Shown one piece after another: positions 1 through 7,432 of a stretch of 42,815 nt of DNA. Within the stretch, counting starts at the first letter, position 1, and each line of letters opens with the position of its first letter. The position numbers were made by a program, and so were the translations under genes. The stretch spans positions 1 through 42,815 of IMG/VR virus record IMGVR_UViG_3300036856_000065, one strand, 5' to 3'. Source of the DNA: a virus. Taxonomy: Duplodnaviria > Caudoviricetes. The notes under the pieces are model-generated. The model saw nothing but the letters and a program-made list of their open reading frames with translations. It ran no database searches and was not told the origin of the DNA.

Positions 1-31
1 GCCCGCCGCGCCGGTAGTCGTCGAGCCGACT
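1..31. repeat. 31-bp terminal overlap identical to 42785-42815 (circular assembly join); a further copy at 172-202
   Basis: gcccgccgcgccggtagtcgtcgagccgact occurs at both ends and inside the 171-bp tandem repeat. Confidence 0.95.
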
Positions 32-1530
32 GCGATGGTGGCTGCCGCGCCGGGCGAGCCGGTGGATCCAGTGGCACCGGTGGTTCCGGTCGCGCCAGTC
101 GCGCCTTGCGGGACGGTGAAATTGAAGACGGCGGCCGACGAGCTCCCCGAATTAGTGACGCTGGCGGAAGTGCCCGCCGCGCCGGTAGTCGTCGAGCCGA
201 CTGCGATGGTGGCTGCCGCGCCGGGCGAGCCGGTGGATCCAGTGGCACCGGTGGTTCCGGTCGCGCCAGTTGCGCCGGCTGGGATACCAAAATTGAAGGT
301 CGCGGCCGAAGAAGATCCGACGTTGGTTACCGTGGGCGTCGCTCCCGCGGCGAGCGGAGTCACCGAGCCGACCGCAATCGTAGCCGCTGTGCCTGCTGGA
401 CCGGTACTTCCGGTCGAGCCGGTTGCGCCGGTTGCGCCAGCTGGTATGCCGAAATTGAAGACGGCCGCGGAAGAAGATCCGACGTTGGTTACGGTAGGGG
501 TCGCCCCGGCGGCGAGCCCGGTCGCCGTGCCGGCGGCGATGGTGGCTGCCGCGCCGGGCGAGCCGGTGGATCCAGTGGCACCTGGATTTCCTTGCGTGCC
601 CTGTGCGCCGGTCGCGCCAGTGGCCCCTTGCGGAATCGTGAAGTTGAACACGGCGGCGCTCGAGGAGCCCGTGTTCGTCACGCTGGCGTTAGAGCCGGCG
701 GCCCCGGTGGTGGTCGAGCCAACCGCGATGGTGGCCGCCGAGCCGGTGGGCCCGGTTACGCCGGTCGGGCCGGTCGGGCCCGTGCTGCCGGTGGGCCCGG
801 TCGGGCCGGTCGCGCCAGTGGCCCCTTGCGGAATCGTGAAGTTGAACACGGCCGCCGAGGAGCTGCCCGCGTTGGTGACGTTGGCATTTGAGCCCGGTGC
901 GCCGGTGGTGGTCGAGCCAACCGCGATGGTAGCCGCCGCGCCGGCCGCGCCGGTGGATCCAGTCGCGCCGGCCGGAATCCCGAAATTGAAGATTGCGTTC
1001 AGCGGGCTGCCGACGTTCGCGATGGTCGGCGTCGCGCCTGGCGTGAGCCCGGTGACGCTGCCGACGGCGATCGTCGCCGTGTTGCCGGTCGCGATGTTGT
1101 CGGGCAGGTTGACCGGGTAGTTATCGAAGTTGCACTGGCCGTTCGCGCACCAGGTCGGTGCCATTTGCACGCAGCTATACGCCGCGCTGGCGTCGGATGT
1201 CGACGAGCCGAGCACGACCTTGCGCTGCGCATTGGTGGCCCACACGCGATAGCAGATGTTCAACGGGAGCGTCTGCGTCGTATCGGCGAGCGTAAGCGAA
1301 AAGGCGCCGTTGGTCACGGGCGTGCTGACGGCCGTCTGCGTCGACTGGCCCTGCCCGGTAATCCGGAAATCGGTCGGCGTGCCGTCCGACGTCGTTGGTG
1401 CGAAATAGATCGTCCCGGTAAGCGGAGCTCCGGTGGCGTCGGTGGTATGCGTGGCCGAGACCGTGTCCATCTGCGCGCAGGCGCACAGCGCGGACACGAG
1501 CAGCGCCGCTGCTAGCTTAATGGTTTTCAT
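1..1530 (-). CDS. 5' part of a collagen-like repeat fibre protein with N-terminal signal peptide; continues across the join into 42784-41678 (about 878 aa in total)
   Basis: ATG at 1530 gives [20 protein letters not shown]...; open to base 1; repeats of AATIAVGS..T.....[17 protein letters not shown] alternate with G-X-T triplets; not in the ORF track because it has no stop before the edge. Confidence 0.85.
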   Translation of the reverse strand, partial: MKTIKLAAALLVSALCACAQMDTVSATHTTDATGAPLTGTIYFAPTTSDGTPTDFRITGQGQSTQTAVSTPVTNGAFSLTLADTTQTLPLNICYRVWATNAQRKVVLGSSTSDASAAYSCVQMAPTWCANGQCNFDNYPVNLPDNIATGNTATIAVGSVTGLTPGATPTIANVGSPLNAIFNFGIPAGATGSTGAAGAAATIAVGSTTTGAPGSNANVTNAGSSSAAVFNFTIPQGATGATGPTGPTGSTGPTGPTGVTGPTGSAATIAVGSTTTGAAGSNASVTNTGSSSAAVFNFTIPQGATGATGAQGTQGNPGATGSTGSPGAAATIAAGTATGLAAGATPTVTNVGSSSAAVFNFGIPAGATGATGSTGSTGPAGTAATIAVGSVTPLAAGATPTVTNVGSSSAATFNFGIPAGATGATGTTGATGSTGSPGAAATIAVGSTTTGAAGTSASVTNSGSSSAAVFNFTVPQGATGATGTTGATGSTGSPGAAATIAVGSTTTGAAG

Positions 1531-1564
1531 GTGGGGAAAGCGGAAAGGGAAAGAGAAGTTTTTT

Positions 1565-1957
1565 TTACCAGATCTGCAGGCCGCCCGCGCCCATGAGGCG
1601 AGCGAGCGAGAGATAGCGAATGCCGTAATTGGTCTGGTTCCAGAAGCCGGCGTCGGCGAGCGTGACGGCTGCCACATCGTAGCTGCCGCTGACGTCGCCG
1701 ACTCCTTTGGACGAAAGCACGCCGGTCACCTGGCCGGGCGCATCGTTATTCGCGGCGGCCTTCTGGTCGCGCGCCGCAAGAACGAGATAGTGCGCCGTAC
1801 ACAGCTCAAGGCCGAGCGTGGCGAGCGTGCCCCAGCGGCAGGCGTTCACCAGGTTCGACGCGACCCCGATCCACAGCGTGAGCATGGTTGCGGGATAAGC
1901 GTCGGCGTCGGCGAACTCGGGGAAGTCGGCGGTGAGCTGGTCGGGCGTGAGGGTCAT
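1565..1957 (-). CDS. head-tail adaptor, DUF4054-like
   Basis: [25 protein letters not shown] and WNQTNYG motifs; lies downstream of the capsid gene. Confidence 0.8.
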   Translation of the reverse strand: MTLTPDQLTADFPEFADADAYPATMLTLWIGVASNLVNACRWGTLATLGLELCTAHYLVLAARDQKAAANNDAPGQVTGVLSSKGVGDVSGSYDVAAVTLADAGFWNQTNYGIRYLSLARLMGAGGLQIW

Positions 1958-2250
1958 TTGTTTTTAATCGGCGGGACGGGAATTTTTGGCGGTGTGGCGT
2001 CGGGCTCAGGCTCAGGAACGGCCGTTGCCGCGCCACGGGCGCGCCCCTTGGCCTCGGGCGCGGGCGGTGGCTGTTTGTGTACGGCGGGTACGGCGGGCGG
2101 CTCAGCTGGCGCGACGGCCTTGCTGTGCCCCTGCACGAACCAGTGCGAGGCGATGTCGTCTTCCACTTCGTGCTGGCCCGGTTCGAACGTCCGGGTTTGG
2201 CCGCCCTTTAGGGTCAGCACGAAGCGTTTCTCGACTGTGATGGTCTGCAT
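1954..2250 (-). CDS. small phage head-associated protein (STY1053-like) with Pro/Ala-rich tail
   Basis: MQTITVEKRFVLTL...FEPGQHEVEDDIASHWFV; ATG at 2250 just after the capsid stop. Confidence 0.7.
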   Translation of the reverse strand: MQTITVEKRFVLTLKGGQTRTFEPGQHEVEDDIASHWFVQGHSKAVAPAEPPAVPAVHKQPPPAPEAKGRARGAATAVPEPEPDATPPKIPVPPIKNK

Positions 2251-2264
2251 GCAGACCAGACTAG

Positions 2265-3254
2265 CTAGATGCCGTCGGCGTAACCGGCGGTCTCGGGATA
2301 CACGTACTCGACCACACCCAGCCGGCCGAAATAGGTCGTGAGTTGATAGATCGATCGGTATTCGAGCGGCGTGCGCTGCAGCGGAACCAGCGGATAGCGA
2401 ACGCGCGTTTGATCGTTGGTGTACGCGATCATGCGGTCGGCCGAGCTTACGCCGGCCTGGCGCAGCCACTTCAGCGGTTGAATGTTCAACGGGCGGCCGT
2501 TGATCGAATTCGAGAGCGAGTTAATCTTCAGGAATTCGAGCAAGCTCATGTTGCCCGCGCTCGACACCTTCGTCGAAACGAGCAAGCCGAACTGGGCCGG
2601 CGGAACGCGCAGCTCGCTCGGGCAGATGGCCCAGCCGCTGTTCGCCCACACGGTCGAGATCAGAGTATTGACGTCGGCGAGGATCAGGTTCGGGCCGACG
2701 TTGCCGGTCGTGTCGTCGGAGATCTTCAGCGCCCAAGTGGTGTGCGCGTTGCCATCGGCGGCGACGTTCGACACCGCGACGTTCGCATTGTTGATGAGGC
2801 CGGTCACGCCGACGACTGAGTCGCCCGTGTAGACCATCTCATCGATGTCCATCTGGTGCTTCAATTTGATGGCGCTGAACTTCTGCTGATCGACCGGGCG
2901 GCCGAGGCGTTGTGCGCTCTCGAGCTCGGGGATCGTATAGCTCAGCTCCATGCCCCACAGGTACAGGGACTGGGCGGTCTTGCCGATGTCGAGCGAAACA
3001 CCCGAGATGGCGTTCGAATCTTTGCCGATGAAGTTCTTACCGTTCGGGTTCAGGCCGCCGGTCGAGGCAAAGGTCGAATTGGTGAAGCTCGAAGTTTCGT
3101 CGGCAATCGTGACGTCTTCGCGCAATTGAATGTCACGACTCCAGGTCACGCTGACCAGGGGTTCGTGCATTTGGGGATCGAGCCGCTCGAGCTCGCCGAT
3201 CAGGAAGGCGCCCGTCGAGTCGATCGTGCGCCGGTCGTAAGTTTGAAAAGGCAT
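2265..3254 (-). CDS. major capsid protein, DUF2184 family
   Basis: DSTGAFLIGELERLDP...WSRDIQLREDV; 329 aa; gene order. Confidence 0.9.
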   Translation of the reverse strand: MPFQTYDRRTIDSTGAFLIGELERLDPQMHEPLVSVTWSRDIQLREDVTIADETSSFTNSTFASTGGLNPNGKNFIGKDSNAISGVSLDIGKTAQSLYLWGMELSYTIPELESAQRLGRPVDQQKFSAIKLKHQMDIDEMVYTGDSVVGVTGLINNANVAVSNVAADGNAHTTWALKISDDTTGNVGPNLILADVNTLISTVWANSGWAICPSELRVPPAQFGLLVSTKVSSAGNMSLLEFLKINSLSNSINGRPLNIQPLKWLRQAGVSSADRMIAYTNDQTRVRYPLVPLQRTPLEYRSIYQLTTYFGRLGVVEYVYPETAGYADGI

Positions 3255-3318
3255 GTTGGTTCTGTTCTCCGGTTCTGAAATTGGCTAGGGACGGCCTGCG
3301 CTACGCAGACCAGCGCGC

Positions 3319-3816
3319 CTAGATGTTGAAGCCGATCTCGACGTTGCCTGAGGCGTCAGCCGGGCCCGTGAAATAGCAGTTGCTGGGTAGAGCGAAGGTG
3401 TTGGTCGAATCGGCCGCGGCTTCGATGCCGCCGATGATCGAGCCGGTGCCGACGGCCGTCCGGACGTACACGGTGCCGTTCTTGGCGGCCGCCGTCGCGC
3501 CGTTCAGCTTGACGGAAATGTAGCCGCGCTTCAGGCAGTTGCCGATGCCCGAAACAGGCGGGGTCGACGTGCCGAGGCCGTCCGTGTTGCTGTTGGTCGG
3601 ATAGGGCCGAACATACATGCCGTACACGCTCGCGACGACGTCGGCGGCCTTGATCGCCCGCATGTTGTGCGAAGTGGCGTCGATCGCCACGGGTACACCG
3701 TAGCTGGTCGGGAAATAAGTGGTGTCGAGTAGCTGTGCTTCGACAGTCGCCTGCGAAGCGCGCGTTACCTGGCCGGGGATACCGGCGGGCATCCGAAATT
3801 GAAATGCGTTGCTCAT
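3319..3816 (-). CDS. capsid cement/decoration protein (Gp24-like)
   Basis: FRMPAGIPG.VTR, GMYVRPYP, GNVEIGFNI; between scaffold and capsid. Confidence 0.75.
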   Translation of the reverse strand: MSNAFQFRMPAGIPGQVTRASQATVEAQLLDTTYFPTSYGVPVAIDATSHNMRAIKAADVVASVYGMYVRPYPTNSNTDGLGTSTPPVSGIGNCLKRGYISVKLNGATAAAKNGTVYVRTAVGTGSIIGGIEAAADSTNTFALPSNCYFTGPADASGNVEIGFNI

Positions 3817-3838
3817 TGTGATTGTGTTTCTCCTGTGG

Positions 3839-3907
3839 TGGTTAGCTGCGGGCCCAAAACTGGGAAGTCCGCTTGGTTAGCTGCGGGCCCAAAACTGGGA
3901 ATTCCGC
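3839..3907. repeat. tandem duplication (35-bp period) of the 3' end of the DUF2213 gene
   Basis: tggttagctgcgggcccaaaactgggaa at 3839-3866 and 3874-3901. Confidence 0.9.
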
Positions 3908-5115
3908 CGGTTCATGTCTGAAATGGTCGAAGCGGTCACGTGGGCGTGCTTGCCGCTGTCGAAGGTCACTTTGGCGTGTGCGTTGTTTTCACGCCGCACG
4001 ATTTCGCTCGCGCCGACGAACGTGCTGTGGAGGGCATCGCAGGTCAGCTTTGAGAGGTCTTTGCCGGCGACGAGCGGGGCCACCGCGTCGCGCGTCTTCG
4101 GGTTTGCGTAGGCGGCGTCGAGCGCTTTACGCTTCAGGGCGCACAGTCCGTCTTGCGAGCGGGCGGCGTCGTTGGTCGGCAGGGCCATGCCGGGCGAGAG
4201 AATTTCGACGCGCGCGAACACGTCCTGCGCTTCGGCCAGCTGGGCAGCGGAATCGCGCGACTTCTTGTCGCCCGACTTTTCCTTCTCCGCTTCCACTTCC
4301 TCGGCTTCGCGCTTCTTCTTCTCTTCCTCGGTCTCGCTCTCTTCTTCGGCGGCGTCCTTGGCTTCGAGCTTTTCGAGGCGCTCGCTCAGCGCGTCGAGCG
4401 ATTTGCTGAGGTTGCTGAGCGAATCGGACGTTTTCTTGTCCGCTTCCTCTTTGGCTTCGCGCTTCTTTTTCTCTTCCTCGGTCTCTTCCGGCTCCGAGTC
4501 TTTGGCGCTCTCTTCGAGAGCTTTCTTAAATTCCTCTTCGTCGCGCGCTGTAAACGCCGCACGAAGACGGTCCATCCATTTGAGTTTTTTCATTGAGTCT
4601 CCAATTGCGCAGCGTGATCCGCAGCGACCTTGATCGACCAGCGCGAGGTGGTTGCCGACGATCTGGTGCTGGCGTCCCCGTCCTGGTTCGAGTTGCTCGT
4701 ATTCGGCGTCATAGCCGCACGAAACTTCGCGTAGCCCGTCCTTTACCTTCTCGATCGCCTGTGCATCGGTGATCAGGAGGTCGGCGAGCAATAAATCGTC
4801 TTCGATGTTCGAGCCCCGGCGCACGTTCTGCACGATGCCTTTCGACAGGCGCGCCCAGTTCTCCGGCCCCACGTCTTCCGTCGGGTGATCGACCACGACC
4901 GGCTTCGCCTCAAAGCTCGCCATGGTGTCCGGGTGGAACACGTCTTCGGCGTGCCGTTCGATGCGAATGACGCCGTCGACCGCGCGGAGCGGCAGCTCCG
5001 TCGCCGCATAGAGCTGCGTTCCGGTGCGGGCGATGGGCACGTTGCGGCACAACAGGTAGCCTTCGGGCGTCAGCTCCTGGTTGGCGCTGAGTTGGACGGT
5101 CGTGTAAAAGCGCAT
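3877..5115 (-). CDS. prohead protease/scaffold, DUF2213 family
   Basis: TPEGYLLCRNVPIARTG, DHP, EVSCGY, GNHLALV.QGRCG.RC.IGD, then an acidic coiled-coil scaffold; start MRFY at 5115. Confidence 0.9.
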   Translation of the reverse strand: MRFYTTVQLSANQELTPEGYLLCRNVPIARTGTQLYAATELPLRAVDGVIRIERHAEDVFHPDTMASFEAKPVVVDHPTEDVGPENWARLSKGIVQNVRRGSNIEDDLLLADLLITDAQAIEKVKDGLREVSCGYDAEYEQLEPGRGRQHQIVGNHLALVDQGRCGSRCAIGDSMKKLKWMDRLRAAFTARDEEEFKKALEESAKDSEPEETEEEKKKREAKEEADKKTSDSLSNLSKSLDALSERLEKLEAKDAAEEESETEEEKKKREAEEVEAEKEKSGDKKSRDSAAQLAEAQDVFARVEILSPGMALPTNDAARSQDGLCALKRKALDAAYANPKTRDAVAPLVAGKDLSKLTCDALHSTFVGASEIVRRENNAHAKVTFDSGKHAHVTASTISDMNRRNSQFWARS

Positions 5116-5140
5116 GGGATTTTGTGAGATGTTTGAACAA

Positions 5141-5443
5141 ATGCAACAACCGCTCAAAGGGCGAGTAGTCCTGAAAGTGGCAGTAATTGCGGCCTGGGTT
5201 GGAGTCGTCTTCACCCTGAAAAGAGCGGGCGTCGACAGCTCAGCCGCACGGGTAATTTACGTTCTGGCGGCGCTGCTGATCGCCGTGCAACTGTACGAAC
5301 TGCTGCGCCGGCTGTTACTCAAGCGCGCCCGGCGCGCCGAACAAGCGGCGGCGCAGCGCGTCCTGCGCGCGATCACGGCGATTCGTTCGCTCGACTACGA
5401 GCCGAGCGACGCGCGGCCGCCCTGGTGGCGCGACGCCTCATGA
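5141..5443 (+). CDS. hypothetical membrane protein (2 TM), antisense to the head operon
   Basis: two hydrophobic segments and a basic C-terminus; ATGA-coupled to the next ORF. Confidence 0.55.
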   Translation: MQQPLKGRVVLKVAVIAAWVGVVFTLKRAGVDSSAARVIYVLAALLIAVQLYELLRRLLLKRARRAEQAAAQRVLRAITAIRSLDYEPSDARPPWWRDAS

Positions 5444-5763
5444 GCGAACTGCTCTCGATCCTCTGCCCGCAGTGCGGCCGGCGCTCGTATAACGCGAACG
5501 ACATCAACGAGCGTTACTGCGGCTTCTGCCACCAGTGGTACGCAACCATGCACCCGCGGAGCTGCTCGCTCGGCTTTTATGGCCTGTACGGCGACGAGCG
5601 CAGCGTGATTCTGCTGGCGATCAGCCGGCTCGCGATCGAGCGGCCGCGGTTAACGTTCTTTCTCGGCTTGATCGCCGATCGGCTCAACGGCCGGGACGTG
5701 TTCGACGAACTCCGGCTGACCGGCACCTCGTCTCAGATCGGCTCAGATCTGAGCGCTGGTTAG
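5440..5763 (+). CDS. hypothetical Zn-finger protein
   Basis: CPQCGRRSYN.ND..ERYCGFCH. Confidence 0.6.
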   Translation: MSELLSILCPQCGRRSYNANDINERYCGFCHQWYATMHPRSCSLGFYGLYGDERSVILLAISRLAIERPRLTFFLGLIADRLNGRDVFDELRLTGTSSQIGSDLSAG

Positions 5764-5918
5764 CGTTCGGTGAACTCGTCGAACTCGATGCCGGTGCCGC
5801 GGCAGATGTAGCAATCGCACGTGTTCGTGTTCTCGGTGCATTCGCACTCGCTCGGCGGCTCGTCGCAGACGATGCAGAGCTTCTTCTCGCCGAGGCACAT
5901 ATTGCAGGGTTTCAGCAT
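5760..5918 (-). CDS. 52-aa Cys-rich miniprotein
   Basis: MLKPCNMCLGEKKLCIVCDEPPSECECTENTNTCDCYICRGTGIEFDEFTER, translated by hand; below the ORF-track cut-off. Confidence 0.6.
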   Translation of the reverse strand: MLKPCNMCLGEKKLCIVCDEPPSECECTENTNTCDCYICRGTGIEFDEFTER

Positions 5919-5936
5919 GGCGGTAAAGTCGATGTT

Positions 5937-6158
5937 GTGTCGTCACCAACAAAGCCGTTTGCCGGTCTGCTGTTGATTGCGGAAGCCGAGGACGGTCGCA
6001 TTATGATCGTTCTCGAAAAGGGGCGGCCCGCTATGCTGCTTACGCCGGAGGATGCGTTGCGCGCTTCGCAGGTCTTACGCGAGATGGCGGAATCCGTTCT
6101 CACTAGGTTTAAGCGGCGCTCGGTACGCGGATCCAGCGCTCGAACTGCGCCCGGTTAA
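5937..6158 (+). CDS. hypothetical protein
   Basis: GTG start; globular-looking sequence (LLLIAEAEDGRIMIVLE...LTPEDALRASQVLREMAE); overlaps the 3' end of the gp7-like gene. Confidence 0.4.
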   Translation: MSSPTKPFAGLLLIAEAEDGRIMIVLEKGRPAMLLTPEDALRASQVLREMAESVLTRFKRRSVRGSSARTAPG

Positions 6159-6951
6159 CGTATTCGATGTGCCCATGCGCGTACACCTTGTGCGGCCAGC
6201 GCACCTCGTCCAAGTCGATCAACGGCAGCGCCAGGCAGCGGCAGTACCAGGCGACGCCCGGATGATAATGCCCCAGGGTCGACGGCTCGCCGATCAATTG
6301 TTCAGGCGACGGCGGATCGGTCCAGGCCACCAGCACGTGATCCATTTCTTTATGCGACGGCCGGACGCGCTGGTCTTCGCTGGTCGCCCACTCGTACCAG
6401 TCGAGACCGAGGCGCTCGGCCCGCGTGCGCGTGAGCGCCGTTTCGGCCCGGCCGACCGCGGTGCGCGCCAGCATGGTCGCCTGGCTGCGCGTCAGCTGCG
6501 GCAGCTGCTTTTCTAACGTCTTCTGAATCGTCGCCGCGCGCGTGCCGCGTAACTGCTCGCGGGCCACATACGCCTGCGCCCGGGCTTCGAGTCGCGCCGG
6601 CAGCCGGCGCAGCAGCTGCACGTTGGCGCGCAGCAGCTCGTCGAAGCGGGTGCCCACACCGCTGCCCATCTCGGCTTTGAGCGCCTGATAGATCTGTTTA
6701 CCGTGCAGCGACTGGCGGGCCGCGGCGCGCCACGTGTTCACGTTCGTCGCATCGACGCGCGTCAGCATGCGCCGCGCCATCATCTCGGCCGCGCTCGCCA
6801 CGAACTCCTCGACCGGCTCCGCGAATACCACGGTCGGCTCGCCGCCCGAGGTCTCGATCGACCAGGGGAAGAACTTGTTCAGGAACGCTTCGAGATCGCG
6901 CTGGTACTGGCGAAAGGCCCGTTCGACCGGCTGGCGTGCGTCTCGATTCAT
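6109..6951 (-). CDS. head morphogenesis/minor head protein (SPP1 gp7 / Mu gpF family)
   Basis: ARTAVGRA, YEWATSEDQRVRPSH, HPG...CRC.A.P. Confidence 0.9.
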   Translation of the reverse strand: MNRDARQPVERAFRQYQRDLEAFLNKFFPWSIETSGGEPTVVFAEPVEEFVASAAEMMARRMLTRVDATNVNTWRAAARQSLHGKQIYQALKAEMGSGVGTRFDELLRANVQLLRRLPARLEARAQAYVAREQLRGTRAATIQKTLEKQLPQLTRSQATMLARTAVGRAETALTRTRAERLGLDWYEWATSEDQRVRPSHKEMDHVLVAWTDPPSPEQLIGEPSTLGHYHPGVAWYCRCLALPLIDLDEVRWPHKVYAHGHIEYVNRAQFERWIRVPSAA

Positions 6952-6962
6952 ACTGGATTCAA

Positions 6963-7175
6963 ATGCGCTGGAAGTTTCAGCTCGGGAAGGCGTTGTTCGT
7001 CGATGCCGACGGAACGGCGATCCGCACGCTTACGCTCGACGACGACGGCCGCCGGTGGCGCTTGGAAGGCACCAAGATCACATATGACAATGTGGCGCAG
7101 GCGATGGAGGAGGTCGAGGACCGCTACTGGTTCGTGACGTCGCGGCAGGTGCTGAAGCCGCGCGGCGCGGGCTAG
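6963..7175 (+). CDS. hypothetical protein, antisense to the head operon
   Basis: MRWKFQLGKALFVDADG...; fills the gap between two minus-strand genes. Confidence 0.45.
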   Translation: MRWKFQLGKALFVDADGTAIRTLTLDDDGRRWRLEGTKITYDNVAQAMEEVEDRYWFVTSRQVLKPRGAG

Positions 7176-7429
7176 GCTGCCGGCTGCTTTTTGGTGGCCG
7201 GCGGCTTCGTCGAGACTTCCTTCGTCACCGGATCGCAATACATCTTCGGCCGCAGGAAGCGCGGATCGTAACTGAGAAGCGCTTCGACGGCGTCGCCCCG
7301 GTCGCCGATGGCTTCCTTGTACTCGGCCGCGAATTGACCGAACGTCGCCATATCGTAGCCGGGCTCTTCGGAGGCGGCGGCCAGCCGCTCCATAATCTCC
7401 TGAACTCGCTTCATGTCCGGTTCCCGCAT
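7172..7429 (-). CDS. small helical protein directly after the portal fusion; candidate immunity protein
   Basis: starts 3 bp after the portal stop; 85 aa. Confidence 0.6.
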   Translation of the reverse strand: MREPDMKRVQEIMERLAAASEEPGYDMATFGQFAAEYKEAIGDRGDAVEALLSYDPRFLRPKMYCDPVTKEVSTKPPATKKQPAA

Positions 7430-7432
7430 AAG

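Noticed and set aside
35-1120. 361-aa plus-strand Pro/Val/Ala repeat ORF
   Set aside because: Antisense shadow of the collagen-like fibre gene
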